Assembly: GCA_963736645.1 (NCBI GenBank)
Contig: CAVTPJ010000004.1
Location: 154,663-218,662 of the forward strand
DNA: 64,000 bases
Source of the DNA: an uncultured Thermoleophilia bacterium
Lineage (GTDB): Bacteria; Actinomycetota; Thermoleophilia; UBA2241
Reading direction: 5' to 3'
Position 1 is the stretch's first letter. Each line of letters opens with the position of its first letter. Both the position numbers and the translations under genes were made by a program. Shown piece after piece: positions 10,813 to 21,414 of this stretch. The notes under the pieces were generated by a model. It made no database searches, had not been told where the DNA came from, and saw nothing but the letters and a program-made list of their open reading frames with translations.

Positions 10813-10896
10813 AGGGCAAGCATACCGCGTGGGTCGGGACCGACGGGTCCCGAGGTCGGTCCGTGAGCGCGCCCTCCGGACTCGTGCGCCCGGCGG

Positions 10897-11841
10897 TCAG
10901 TCCGTGACGGGCCGCACGTCGGGCTCCTCGCCGGCCGCGGCCGTGCCGCGGCGGCCGGCGAGGAGCCCGTGGGCCGCGAGCACGGCGAGCGCGGTGATGA
11001 TGAGGATCATGCCGATGCCCTCCACGAGCGTCGGCACCTCCCCCAGCTGGATCCACGCGGCGACGACGCCGACCACGGGGATCGAGAGCGTCCCCAGCCC
11101 GGCGGCGCCGGCCGGGAGCGCGTGCAGCGCGAACAGCCAGAGAAACCAGGCGACGGCATTGGCGAGCACGACCGTGTAGGCGAGCCCCCAGGCGAACCCG
11201 AAGGTCCACTCAGGTGGACCGCTGTACATCAGGGCAGCGAGAACGATGAGCGGGACGGAGCCGAAGAGCATCTGCCATGTCGTGAGAGAGAGGACGTCGA
11301 CGGTGTGCCGGCGCTGCATGAGCTTGACGACCAAGGCGGCCGCCGCCCAGCAGAGGCCGCCGAGAACGGTGAGCAGCCCGCTCATGGCGCTCTCGAACGC
11401 CCACGGCCTCACCACGAGGATGAGCCCGGCGAACGCCAGACCGACGGCGAGCCACTGCACGCCGCGGAGGCGCTCGCCGAGGAAGATCCAGGCGAGCAGC
11501 AGCAGCCAGAACGGCATCGTGTAGGTGAGCACCGAGACCTTCCCTGCGCCGGCGTCGTGCAGCGCCGTGATGACGAGGCCGACGAACAGCGTGGTCTGCA
11601 GCAGGCCGATGAGCATCGTCCAGCCGAGCGGCGGCGGACGCAGCGGCTTTCGCAGCACGATCATGACAAGGAAGAGGCAGGCGGCGCTGAGGGGCACGCG
11701 CAGCGCCGCGAAGGTCATCGCGTCGGAGAACTCCAGAGCCACCTTGGTCGCGATCCAGCCATAGCCCCAGACCGGCCCCAGGATGACGAGCGCGAGGATG
11801 CCGAGGTCGCGCGTGCGGGTGGGGTTGCCTGCGTCGCTCAC
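10897..11841 (-). CDS. DMT/EamA family transporter
   Basis: About 10 TM helices; WG..W, YTMPFW, FLGERL and LGEVP motifs. Confidence 0.9.
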   Translation of the reverse strand: MSDAGNPTRTRDLGILALVILGPVWGYGWIATKVALEFSDAMTFAALRVPLSAACLFLVMIVLRKPLRPPPLGWTMLIGLLQTTLFVGLVITALHDAGAGKVSVLTYTMPFWLLLLAWIFLGERLRGVQWLAVGLAFAGLILVVRPWAFESAMSGLLTVLGGLCWAAAALVVKLMQRRHTVDVLSLTTWQMLFGSVPLIVLAALMYSGPPEWTFGFAWGLAYTVVLANAVAWFLWLFALHALPAGAAGLGTLSIPVVGVVAAWIQLGEVPTLVEGIGMILIITALAVLAAHGLLAGRRGTAAAGEEPDVRPVTD

Positions 11842-12197
11842 GGGCGCTCTCCGTCAAGGCGCGCGAGCTCATCGCCGACGTCGCGCGCCAGCGCCGGGAG
11901 TTCGTTGCGGGCGATGTCCCACACCGTGGCCGGCGCGAGCGCATCGTACTCGTGAGCGATCACGTTGCGGAAGTCGATCGCGCCGCGGCAGGCGGCCACC
12001 CGTGCGGTGAGCCCGGGGTCGATGCGCAGAGCTCGTGAGAGCGCTTCGCCGAGGATCTCGAACTGGCGCTCCACGGCCGATCGCAGCATGAGGTCGTCGC
12101 GGTAGTCGCGCAGGGTGCGGCCGGCGATGAAGCTCGTGATGGCGCCGGCCGCGGTCACCACGTCGTAGAGCTGCACGCGTACGTCACGCGGCCGCAA
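11838..12197 (-). CDS. HepT-like (DUF86) HEPN ribonuclease toxin
   Basis: SAVERQFEILGEA and FRNVIAHEY (Rx4HxY). Confidence 0.88.
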   Translation of the reverse strand: MRPRDVRVQLYDVVTAAGAITSFIAGRTLRDYRDDLMLRSAVERQFEILGEALSRALRIDPGLTARVAACRGAIDFRNVIAHEYDALAPATVWDIARNELPALARDVGDELARLDGERP

Positions 12198-12816
12198 CCA
12201 GCGTCACCCCCGTCCGCTCTATCTCGGCGCGCAGGTAGGGGTTGTCGACCGCGTCGTCCTCGATGAGGTCGACGGGCATCCCGCTGGCGAGCTCCAGCGC
12301 GCGGCGCAGCGCGAAGTAGCGCGCCGCCCGGCCCCTGGACGGGCCGCCGAGGCGCACGACGATATCGAGGTCGCGCGGCGCTCTGCGACCGCCGGCGAGC
12401 GCGGCGGAGCCGAAGACGATGGCGCGGCGCGCACCGGCCTCGCGGAGCACGGCGAGCACGGCGGGGAGTCGCGGCCGCAGGACGGCGTGGACCTGCGGTC
12501 CGGGCTCATCCGGGTTCGCCGCCCATACTGGCACGCCTGGCGGCGCGGCGCCGGCGGCATCCGCGGCGAGCAACGCTCGCAGCGGCGCGAGCAGCTCGTG
12601 CTCGTCGACGACGCGGAGCAGACGCCGGCCTTCGGCCGTGTGCTCCGACTCGACGAGCCCGAGCCCCACGAGCCGCTCGACCTCGCGCTGCACGCCGGAC
12701 GCGCCGCCGCCCACCAGCCGGATCAGCTCGCGGAGGTGGTACTCCCGGCGCGGATCTGCCAGCAGGATGGCGAGCACTCGCGCCCGTGTCTCTGAGCCCA
12801 GCAGTGTGGCCAGCAT
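12184..12816 (-). CDS. wHTH fused to a minimal nucleotidyltransferase (MntA-like antitoxin)
   Basis: N-terminal HTH (YHLRELIR...VQREVERL); C-terminal FGS...DLD and NPYL; overlaps the HEPN gene. Confidence 0.8.
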   Translation of the reverse strand: MLATLLGSETRARVLAILLADPRREYHLRELIRLVGGGASGVQREVERLVGLGLVESEHTAEGRRLLRVVDEHELLAPLRALLAADAAGAAPPGVPVWAANPDEPGPQVHAVLRPRLPAVLAVLREAGARRAIVFGSAALAGGRRAPRDLDIVVRLGGPSRGRAARYFALRRALELASGMPVDLIEDDAVDNPYLRAEIERTGVTLVAAA

Positions 12817-13011
12817 TGTGAACCTCAAACGGGTACAGATGTACAGTAGTTAGGTACGCAAGGATACGCGTGATGGCCTTCTCTCGCAAGGCGCCTGGCT
12901 CTACGCTCGCTGTGGGCCGCGACAGGACTCCGTTGCTCACGACGTTCGCGAAGAAGCGGGAGATCGCGGAAGTCGGCCGGAGGGAGGCCCGGGACGGGAA
13001 CGGCTCTCGGA

Positions 13012-13491
13012 TCAGGCTGTCTTGGCGGCCGCCACCGGGACCGGGGTGGTCTCGGCGAACAGCTTCAGGTTGTCCATGCTGTCTTCGAAATCGCGGCGGA
13101 CCCGCTTCTCGAGGAAGACGCGGTCCGCGACCTTGCCCAGGATGCTCCCGGGGATCGTGTAGTCGAAGGTGGTCTTGACGTCGGTCCCCGTGTCCGACGG
13201 CCCGTGGTGGCAACAGAGCTCGCCGGACATGGATCCCTCGAACTGCCAGCGCCAGTCGGTGCTGCCGTCCGGGTTGTGGCGCTCCTCGATGGTCCGGTCC
13301 ACGATGCGCAGCTTCATGCCCATCATCAACTGGGTGAACTCCGCCTTGGTCCCGGGGCTTCCGTCGCCGAACACCCGCTCGGGGTCACTCATCCCCACCC
13401 AGAACGTGGGCCAGTTGCGCGGGTCCTTGACGATCTCGTCGAACCTGTCGACGGTCACGTCGACGTGGAACTCTTGCAGGAGATGAGCCAT
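13012..13491 (-). CDS. SRPBCC/polyketide cyclase family protein
   Basis: DPRNWPTFW...YTIPGSILGKVAD...NLK; GGAGG RBS. Confidence 0.8.
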   Translation of the reverse strand: MAHLLQEFHVDVTVDRFDEIVKDPRNWPTFWVGMSDPERVFGDGSPGTKAEFTQLMMGMKLRIVDRTIEERHNPDGSTDWRWQFEGSMSGELCCHHGPSDTGTDVKTTFDYTIPGSILGKVADRVFLEKRVRRDFEDSMDNLKLFAETTPVPVAAAKTA

Positions 13492-13693
13492 AGGGCACCT
13501 CCTCCCTCGGTCTCTCTCACGCAGGGTCGCTCAGGGGCTCCCGGGCCTCCTGCCTGAGAGCGTTCCCCCGCGGCGACCGGCGACACCGTTGCGTGATCGC
13601 CGCGCGCGGTTCTGACGCGAGGCGGGTACAAGCCACCCGAAGCCGCACGCGTGCGGCTTCGGGTCTGATGCTGCGAGACGAAAGGCGAACGAC

Positions 13694-13969
13694 ATGATCG
13701 GCGCACTCATCCTCGGACTGGTGGCCGGCGCCATCGCCCGGCTGCTCATCAAGAACGACGCCATGGAGCGCATGGGTGGCGTCCTCTCCTGGCTGCTCAC
13801 GCTCGTCCTCGGCCTCGTCGGCGCCTGGATCGGCTGGTGGATCTTCACCGCGCTGCTCGGCATCGGCGACGAGAACAAGTTCGACCTGGGCGGCATCATC
13901 GGCGCGATCGTCGGCGCGGTCATCCTGCTGGGGATCGTGACGTGGATCGCCAACCGCACGAGGAAGTAG
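13694..13969 (+). CDS. GlsB/YeaQ/YmgE stress membrane protein
   Basis: LGLVAGAIARLL...LGLVGAWIG...GAIVGAVILL. Confidence 0.85.
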   Translation: MIGALILGLVAGAIARLLIKNDAMERMGGVLSWLLTLVLGLVGAWIGWWIFTALLGIGDENKFDLGGIIGAIVGAVILLGIVTWIANRTRK

Positions 13970-14057
13970 AAGGCAGACGCCGGCCGCGCCCGCCGGCAAA
14001 CGCTTGTTCTTGACGGTTGATTCCTATATAGGTTTCTTTTGCAGAAAGGAGGTGACG

Positions 14058-14519
14058 ATGGTCGTCGCCCAAGCCGAGGTGCAGCGCCGGGTCGACTCGC
14101 TCTCCCGTGCGCTGCGGGAGTCCGGGCTCCGTCTGACCCACCAGCGCCTCGAGGTGGTGCGCGAGGTCGCCCAGACCGACGAGCACCCCGACGTGGAGAC
14201 CATCTACCGGGCGGTGCGCGCGCGCGTGCCCACGATCTCGCTGGACACCGTGTACCGCACCCTGACGGTGCTCGGCAGGCTCGGCCTGGTCAAGCGTGTC
14301 ACCGCGACGCCGGGCCCGATGCGCTACGACGCCAACACGGCGCACCATCACCACTTCGTCTGCACCCGCTGCGGGCTGGTCCGCGACGTCGACGACGAGG
14401 GGTTGGACGCGGTGCGGGCGCCGCACAGCACCGCGTCCCTCGGCAGCGTCGAGTCGATCGAGGTCCAGCTGCGGGGAGTCTGTATCGACTGCCGCAAGAA
14501 GGAGCGTGACCATGACTGA
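14058..14519 (+). CDS. perR: Fur-family peroxide regulator (PerR-like)
   Basis: [25 protein letters not shown] and CIDC; overlaps the catalase start. Confidence 0.85.
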   Translation: MVVAQAEVQRRVDSLSRALRESGLRLTHQRLEVVREVAQTDEHPDVETIYRAVRARVPTISLDTVYRTLTVLGRLGLVKRVTATPGPMRYDANTAHHHHFVCTRCGLVRDVDDEGLDAVRAPHSTASLGSVESIEVQLRGVCIDCRKKERDHD

Positions 14520-15976
14520 AGAGAAGCACGACAGGCTCACCACCAACTTCGGGGCGCCGGTCCCGAACAACCAGGATTCGCTGACCGCCGGCAAGCGCGG
14601 GCCGATGCTGCTGCAGGACGTCTGGTACCTGGAGAAGCTCGCCAACTTCGACCGCGAGGTGATCCCCGAGCGCCGGATGCACGCCAAGGGCTCCGGCGCG
14701 TTCGGCACCTTCACCGCCACCCACGACATCACCAACTACACCAGAGCCAAGGTCTTCGAGCTGGGCAAGACGACGGACCTCTTCGTGCGCTTCAGCACCG
14801 TGGCCGGCGAGCGCGGAGCCGCGGACGCCGAGCGCGACATCCGCGGCTTCGCCGTCAAGATGTACACGGACGAGGGCAACTGGGACCTCGTCGGCAACAA
14901 CACGCCCGTCTTCTTCTTCCGCGACCCGCTCAAGTTCCCGGACCTGAACCACGCCGTGAAGCGCGACCCGCGCACCAATCTGCGCAGCGCGCAGAACAAC
15001 TGGGACTTCTGGACCCTGCTCCCCGAGGCGCTCCACCAGATCACCATCACGATGAGCGACCGCGGCATCCCGCTGAGCTACCGGCACATGCACGGCTTCG
15101 GCAGCCACACCTACAGCCTCGTCAACGCCGCCGGCGAGCGCACCTGGGTCAAGTTCCACTGGGTCTGCCAGCAGGGCGTCAAGAACCTCACCGACGAAGA
15201 GGCGGCGGAGCTCGTCGGCAAGGACCGCGAGAGTCACCAGCGCGACCTCTACGAGGCGATCGAGAACCGCGAGTTCCCGCGCTGGAAGCTCTTCGTCCAG
15301 CTCATGCCCGAGGCCGACGCGGCCACCTACACGTTCCACCCGTTCGACCTCACCAAGGTGTGGCTCAAGGGCGACTACCCGCTGCACGAGGTGGGCGTGA
15401 TGGAGCTGAACAGGAACCCGGAGAACTACTTCGCCGACGTGGAGCAGGCGGCGTTCAACCCCGCCACCATCGTGCCGGGCATCGGGTTCTCGCCCGACCG
15501 CATGCTGCAGGGGCGGCTGTTCAGCTACGGCGACGCGCAGCGGTACCGCCTGGGCGTGAACCACCACCTGATCCCGGTGAACGCAGGCGCGCTGCCCCGT
15601 GCACGGGTTCAGCCGCGACGGCGTCATGCGCGTGGACGGCAACTACGGTTCCACGCCGCACTACGAGCCCAACAGCAACGGCACGTGGCAGGAGCAGCCG
15701 CAGTATGCGGAGCCGCCGTTGGCGCTCGACGGCGCCGCCGACCGCTACGACTACCGCGCGGACGACGACGACTACTACACGCAGCCGGGCCTGCTCTTCG
15801 GCCTGATGACCGCCGCCCAACGCGAGGCGCTCTTCGGCAACACCGCCCGCGCCATGGGCGACGCCGCGGAAGAGGTCAAGATCCGCCACATCGCCAACTG
15901 CCTCAGGGCCGACCCGGCCTACGGTGAGGGCGTTGCCGCTGCGCTGGGGATCCCCATGAGCAAGGTGGGTGCCTGA
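14512..15976 (+). CDS. katA: Monofunctional small-subunit haem catalase (one frameshift ~15590)
   Basis: [23 protein letters not shown] and [12 protein letters not shown]; C-terminus in the 15599..15976 frame. Confidence 0.93.
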
Positions 15977-16184
15977 GGGCGAGACGGAGGGAGACATCTC
16001 CTTCCTCCTTCGGCGTCGGCGGCGCCGCACTCCGGCACGCTGCCGGTCACGCGTTCCTCTTCGCGGGCAGGTCGCGCTGCGACACGTCGATGCCCATATC
16101 CTGAGCACGCGCACGATCGCCTGAGGAGACCGGTCTCGCCGAGAAGGCGGTCACGATCATGCCGAGCCCGGAGGAGGCAGCCGA

Positions 16185-17126
16185 GTGGGTCCTGAAGCAG
16201 AACCGAGCCGCCCGCCGGTGGTCGCGATGATCGGGATGGCGACGGTGGACTACCTGTACGTCCTCGACGACTATCCGGAGGCGGACTCGGTGACCCGGGC
16301 GCTCGACCATCAGATAGCGGTCGGGGGGCTGGCCGGTCGGAGCGCGATCGCCGCGAGGCGACTGGGGAGCACGACCAGGCTTCTGGCCACGTGCGGGACC
16401 GGCGAGCACGCGCAGGTCCTGAGGACGGAGCTGGAGGCCGAGGGAGTGGAGTGCACATGGGTCTCCTCCGACCAGCCGTCGCAGCACTCGGCGGTCCTCC
16501 TCGCGCGGGGAGACGCGACCCGGACGATCATCTGGCTGCCACAGCCGATGGCGGATGCGCGCCTGATCGAGCGCCTGCCGGAGTTCCTTGAAGGCGCCGA
16601 TGTCGCTCTGCTGGACGCGACCGACGAGACACTGGCGAGGGCGGCGCTCGACGAGTGCGAGGAGCGAGGGATCACCACCGTGATCGACACCGGGTCCGGG
16701 CGGCCGTGGACACGAGGGCTGCTGGGCCGTGTCGATCACGTGATCGCGCCCGAGACGTACGTGCTGAACGAGACAGGGCACTCCGCCGAACAGGCCACCG
16801 CCGAGCTCTGGGGCGACTGCTGCCGCGCGGTGTTCGGGGTGACCCAGGGGCCGAGGGGTGGGGTCTTCACGACGGGGAGAGAGCTCGAGCGCGTCAGGCG
16901 ATGGGAGGCTGCCCCGGTCGCCGCGATGGATTCCTGCGGAGCCGGCGACACCTTCCACGGCGCGTACGCCTGGGCATTGGCGAGAGGACTGTCGCCCGCC
17001 GAGGGTTTCGAGATCGCCGCCTGGTCTGCCGGGCTGAAGGTCTCCCAGCTCGGCAACAAGGGCATTCCGACACTGGCTCAGCTGGAGGACGCACGCTCGT
17101 CGGCCGGCGTGGGCAGGCCGGTGTGA
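16185..17126 (+). CDS. PfkB family carbohydrate kinase
   Basis: GG motif, VTQGPRG and DSCGAGDTFHGA. Confidence 0.88.
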   Translation: MGPEAEPSRPPVVAMIGMATVDYLYVLDDYPEADSVTRALDHQIAVGGLAGRSAIAARRLGSTTRLLATCGTGEHAQVLRTELEAEGVECTWVSSDQPSQHSAVLLARGDATRTIIWLPQPMADARLIERLPEFLEGADVALLDATDETLARAALDECEERGITTVIDTGSGRPWTRGLLGRVDHVIAPETYVLNETGHSAEQATAELWGDCCRAVFGVTQGPRGGVFTTGRELERVRRWEAAPVAAMDSCGAGDTFHGAYAWALARGLSPAEGFEIAAWSAGLKVSQLGNKGIPTLAQLEDARSSAGVGRPV

Positions 17127-17241
17127 CCGCGCGCGTCGTGCCGGCCTCCTTCGTGGGCCGGTAGCTCCGTCGAGGTCGACGCGAGGCCTCCCCGGGCATA
17201 GCCTTCGCCTCAGATCGGAGAGAGGAGTCAGGCGATGTCCA

Positions 17242-17646
17242 TTGACGATTCAGCCCAGGAGGTCACCTCGGCGACCAGCGACGTGTGGAGCGCTCACGTC
17301 CCCGCTGCCGGGAACGCCGGAGGGATTCACGGTCCGTACCACGTATCCGACGAACCCCGACGGGGTCGAGGTGATGCTCGAGCGCTGGCAGGCGGGCACC
17401 GAAGAGCCGCCTCACTCACACCCCGGCGACGACATGACGGTCGTCGTGGAGGGGAAGATGTCGGTCCAGTTCTACCGCAGGGAGGCGCGCACGCTGGTCC
17501 CCGACGGCGACAGGATCTACCTCGACAAGGGCGATGTGGGCTACATCCGCGCCGGCCGGGTCCACGACGCCACCTACATCGAAGCCTGCCGGCTCGTGTA
17601 CGTGCACAACGGAGCCTTCGCCTTCCATCCCGCGGACGCCGACTGA
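17242..17646 (+). CDS. Cupin domain protein
   Basis: PHSHPGD...VVEG and GRVHD cupin motifs; start uncertain (ATG 17235 is out of frame). Confidence 0.75.
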   Translation: MTIQPRRSPRRPATCGALTSPLPGTPEGFTVRTTYPTNPDGVEVMLERWQAGTEEPPHSHPGDDMTVVVEGKMSVQFYRREARTLVPDGDRIYLDKGDVGYIRAGRVHDATYIEACRLVYVHNGAFAFHPADAD

Positions 17647-17761
17647 CGGGAGACGAGACGGGGTGCCCGCATGACGACCACTGACGTGGGACAGCCCGAT
17701 GCCCGCGCCCACCGAGAGAACAGCCCAGCCGCCCAGTCAAGGCAGGAAGGCGAGGACGACG

Positions 17762-18325
17762 ATGGCACGAGCAAAGGACCTGAAGCCTGACCAGCGCGAG
17801 GAGGTGCTGAGCGTACTGGAAGCCCGTTTCGAGGAGAACGCGCAGCGTCATCCGGGCCTCGACTGGGCCGGGGTGCGCGCCCGACTGGAACGGGATCCCG
17901 GCAAGCTGTGGTCGCTCCACGAGATGGAGCACACCGGCGGCGAGCCGGACGTCATAGGTCAGGATCAGGAGACCGGCGAGTTCCTCTTCGTCGATTGCTC
18001 CGCCGAAAGTCCGAGCGGCCGGCGAAGCCTCTGCTACGACGGCGACGCGCTGGCGTCGCGGAAGCAGGCGAAGCCCAGATCGAGCGCGCTGGACATGGCG
18101 CGAGCCATGGACGTCGAGCTGTTGACGGAGGAGCAGTACCGCGGGCTGCAGCAGTCGGGAGCGTTCGATCTGAAGACGTCCAGCTGGGTCGTGACCCCGG
18201 CGAGCATCAGGAAGCTCGGCGGCGCGGTCTTCTGTGACCGCCGCTACGATACGGTCTTCACCTATCACAACGGGGCGGAGTCCTACTACGCCGCCCGGGG
18301 ATTCCGGAGTCTGCTCAGGGTCTGA
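17762..18325 (+). CDS. DUF4256 family protein
   Basis: LEARFEEN..RH, MEHTGGEPD, SLCYD, KTSSW and YHNGAESYYAARGFR. Confidence 0.88.
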   Translation: MARAKDLKPDQREEVLSVLEARFEENAQRHPGLDWAGVRARLERDPGKLWSLHEMEHTGGEPDVIGQDQETGEFLFVDCSAESPSGRRSLCYDGDALASRKQAKPRSSALDMARAMDVELLTEEQYRGLQQSGAFDLKTSSWVVTPASIRKLGGAVFCDRRYDTVFTYHNGAESYYAARGFRSLLRV

Positions 18326-18468
18326 GTCCGCGAGTACGCGGTGTGTGCTTGGCGGCTGGGTACAATACCCCTTCTCCGAACGAGCGAGAGAGCTGCGACG
18401 GGCGGGAATACTCTGCCTGAGCGGCTCATCCATCTCATGTCGCAGTGGGAGCCGAAGGGGTGATCGCC

Positions 18469-19182
18469 ATGAGCGCGACACGCACGCTCAGAGCAGGGCG
18501 GCGCACGATCCTCGCGGGGGACGGCGGTCTGCTGACGGCCGGAGCGCTCGCGGCGGCCGCGGGACTGGTCGTCGCGCTCGGGTCCGTGCTGCACGCCCCG
18601 ACCGTGGGAGCCGGAGTCCTCGGCCTCGTGGTCGTCGCCGGCGCGCCGCTTGCCGCATGGCATCTGCACGGGCGCCGCGTCGACGAGTCGTCCACCGCCG
18701 GAGCCGTCCTCGGCGATATCGCCGGCTTCGCCTCGCTGTGGGTCGTGTTGCCCGTCGGGGGGCTGCTCGGCCACGCGGTGGCAGACATCGTGTCGCTCGC
18801 CGGGGGGTCCATGTCGTGGGGCCAGGGAGCAGGCGCGGTGGGGATCGCTGCCGCGGCGCTCTTCCTCGCCGCGGCCGTCTGGCTGGACGTCGGAGCGGTG
18901 CGGGACCTCGTGCGGGCGCGCGAGCACGTGGGGCTCGACGTGGCCCGGCTGGCCGCGACGGCGGCCTACGCCGCGTACGTCGTGGGCGTCATCGCCCTGG
19001 TGACGCTGAAGCCGGGGTCGCCGCAGGACCAGGGGAACGCCGGGATGGGGACCGTCCTCTCCCTGGTGATGCCGGTCGTCTTCGGGGCGGCCGCGGTCAC
19101 GGGCGCCGACCTGATGGTCCGGCGCGACCACAAGAGACCGCGTGGCCGTCTCGTCTCGCCGCGAATCACCTCATTCCGGTGA
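18469..19182 (+). CDS. Hypothetical multi-pass membrane protein
   Basis: Long hydrophobic ORF with GC-typical codon use. Confidence 0.6.
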   Translation: MSATRTLRAGRRTILAGDGGLLTAGALAAAAGLVVALGSVLHAPTVGAGVLGLVVVAGAPLAAWHLHGRRVDESSTAGAVLGDIAGFASLWVVLPVGGLLGHAVADIVSLAGGSMSWGQGAGAVGIAAAALFLAAAVWLDVGAVRDLVRAREHVGLDVARLAATAAYAAYVVGVIALVTLKPGSPQDQGNAGMGTVLSLVMPVVFGAAAVTGADLMVRRDHKRPRGRLVSPRITSFR

Positions 19183-19211
19183 AGACGCGGGGGCATCCCC
19201 TCGCCCACACT
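19164..19211 (+). promoter_or_regulatory. Motif copy 1: TCACC-N7-GGTGAAGAC followed by -10-like CACACT
   Basis: aatcacctcattccggtgaagac, then cacact 19 nt later, upstream of ORF 19298. Confidence 0.6.
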
Positions 19212-19297
19212 GAGACGGTCGAAGAGGCCGCGCTGAGGGTCGCATACGAGAACCACGGCCTTCGGCACGAGGCAACGTCGGTGGAAGGGGGCGCAGC

Positions 19298-19696
19298 ATG
19301 TCGGATGCAGCGACCGAGCAGCTGGCCGAGGGACGTGTCAGGGAGCTCGTCGGGCAGTACCACGACACCTATGAACGGAGAGACAAGCGGGCCGTTGCGG
19401 ACCTCTTCGCTGGGGACGCCGTCATCTCCCTGGCCCCGGGCACGTCCAGGGGCAGGGAGGGGATCAGACGGGTGATCGATTGGGACTGGAAGGCCACGCC
19501 CACCATCCGCTTCCGGCCCATGGGCATCGACATACTCGTCAGCGGCAACGTGGCCGTGTGCGAGGTCATGGTCGAGGCGTCCTACGCCGGCGTGCGCTAC
19601 GAGTATCCGAACAAGCCGACGCCGGCTCCGCTCGGCTCCCTGGAGCGCGACGACGGATGTGCCTGCGCACGTGACTCGCCGGCCCAGAGCACTTGA
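19298..19696 (+). CDS. NTF2/SnoaL-like protein, probably C-terminally truncated
   Basis: LFAGDAV...GREGIR...SGNVA pattern; loses the fold pattern after YEYP. Confidence 0.55.
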   Translation: MSDAATEQLAEGRVRELVGQYHDTYERRDKRAVADLFAGDAVISLAPGTSRGREGIRRVIDWDWKATPTIRFRPMGIDILVSGNVAVCEVMVEASYAGVRYEYPNKPTPAPLGSLERDDGCACARDSPAQST

Positions 19697-19799
19697 ACTT
19701 GCCGCCGCCAAGGCGTAGATGATCAGAGTACGACGCCCCTGAGAGCGTAACGCCGCGCAGGCTTTGGAGTGCGTGGCCGACGTGGGGAGGAGCAGGGCC

Positions 19800-20711
19800 A
19801 TGACGTCCGCACTTCGGTCTGGACCATCCGCGGCCGCGTCCGTGGTCGCGCTGATCGTTGTCATCGCGGCGACCGCCATCGCCGCCTGCGGCGGTGTAGG
19901 CACGGCCTCATCCAGTTCACCACCAAACGCTGACGCGTCACTGCAGGTGGCCTCGCCGCCGGCAGCAACGACGTCTGCGTCGGCGCCCTCGGCGGCCACG
20001 ACGCCCACCGCACCGCGCTCCGGCGTGCAGCTCGACTGGGAGGGCAACGCCCAGGTCGAGCTCACCTCGGACGGCGCTCCTCGGGTGCTCATCGACGTCC
20101 AGGGACCAGCCAGTCTGGCGTGGCCCCCGACGGCGGACGATATCCTCCTCACCACACACGAGCATCCGGACCACCTCTCGAACGACCTCGTCAAGCAGCT
20201 TCCCAGGCACCCAGCTCTTCGCCCAGGAGGGCCACATCGAGAGGCCGGGCGTCCGCATCCGGGCGTCGCAGCGGCGCACACGGAGGGCGATCCGCTCCTG
20301 CCGAAGGGCGGCACTGACTACATCTATGTGATCGACATGGGCGGGCTGCGCATCGCCCATCTCGGAGACATCGGTCAACCCGCCCTGACGCCCGGGCAGG
20401 CGAAGGCTCTGGGCCGCGTGGACGTTGCGATCACCCAGTTCGACAACGCTCAGTTCAGCGACGTCGATGTGAAGAACAGAAAGGCCTTCAAGCTGATGCA
20501 GCAGCTCAAACCCCGGCTGATCGTCCAGACGCACTCGAGTCTCCCGGCAGTGAAGTACGCCGCGACATTATGGCCGGTACTCTTCTCGAAGCGCACCGGG
20601 GTCATCCTGACACCGGATAGGCTGCCGAAGAAGACGAGTCTCCTCCTCCTCGGCGAGGAGGGCGCGTACTACGTCGAGAGCGGCGTCCACGCGCGCAGAG
20701 TCGACTGGTAG
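19800..20711 (+). CDS. MBL-fold metallo-hydrolase lipoprotein
   Basis: Lipobox IAAC, THEHPDH and IAHLGDIG; a short segment looks frameshifted. Confidence 0.75.
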   Translation: MTSALRSGPSAAASVVALIVVIAATAIAACGGVGTASSSSPPNADASLQVASPPAATTSASAPSAATTPTAPRSGVQLDWEGNAQVELTSDGAPRVLIDVQGPASLAWPPTADDILLTTHEHPDHLSNDLVKQLPRHPALRPGGPHREAGRPHPGVAAAHTEGDPLLPKGGTDYIYVIDMGGLRIAHLGDIGQPALTPGQAKALGRVDVAITQFDNAQFSDVDVKNRKAFKLMQQLKPRLIVQTHSSLPAVKYAATLWPVLFSKRTGVILTPDRLPKKTSLLLLGEEGAYYVESGVHARRVDW

Positions 20712-20865
20712 GCGGCGGCGCTGTCTGTAGATGCGCGCGCGAGCGCCTGCTGAGGCGACGCGTCGCGCGCGGCTCACACAGGCAACGGCACACACGTAAT
20801 CGCGGGGCCCCTTGCGGACACTACTGAATAGAGGGCAGCGCGAGCACTGTGAGCACGGAGGGGCA

Positions 20866-21414
20866 ATGAGTCAGGACGGGCAGGCACGAGAGGCTCGTTT
20901 CACCAGCCTCTACGAAGCCCACTACTCCGCCGTGCGCGCCTACGCGTGGCGGCGCGAGCCCGACACGGCCGACGACGTGGTGGCCGAGACGTTCATGCTC
21001 GCCTGGCAGCGCCTCGAGCGCCTGCCGGCGGAACCCCTTCCTTGGCTGATCGGCATCGCTCGCAACGTGCGTCTCAACCAGGAGCGCGGCGAGCGCCGGC
21101 GCCGGGACCGCGAGCTGCGGTCCGCCCAGGCTGACCGTGACGACGCCCCCTCGTTCATGGAAGGGCTGGAGGCGCGCTCCTCGCTCACCGCCGCATTCCG
21201 CCGCCTGTCCGAGCGCGACCGCGAGGTCCTGCTGCTGGCGGCCTGGGAGCGCCTCGACCGGGCCGGCCTGGCTACGGCTCTGGGCTGCTCCAGGACGGCC
21301 GCCGGCGTGCGGCTGCATCGGGCGAGGAGGCGGCTCGCGGACGCGTTGTCGCTGGTCGAGGCGGAGAGCGACGGCATCTCCGTTCCCCATGGAGGTGTTC
21401 TCGATGGCAACTGA
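20866..21414 (+). CDS. ECF sigma-70 factor
   Basis: ADDVVAETF..AW, PWLIGIARN (region 2); LSERDREVLLL...RLHRARRRL (region 4). Confidence 0.92.
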   Translation: MSQDGQAREARFTSLYEAHYSAVRAYAWRREPDTADDVVAETFMLAWQRLERLPAEPLPWLIGIARNVRLNQERGERRRRDRELRSAQADRDDAPSFMEGLEARSSLTAAFRRLSERDREVLLLAAWERLDRAGLATALGCSRTAAGVRLHRARRRLADALSLVEAESDGISVPHGGVLDGN

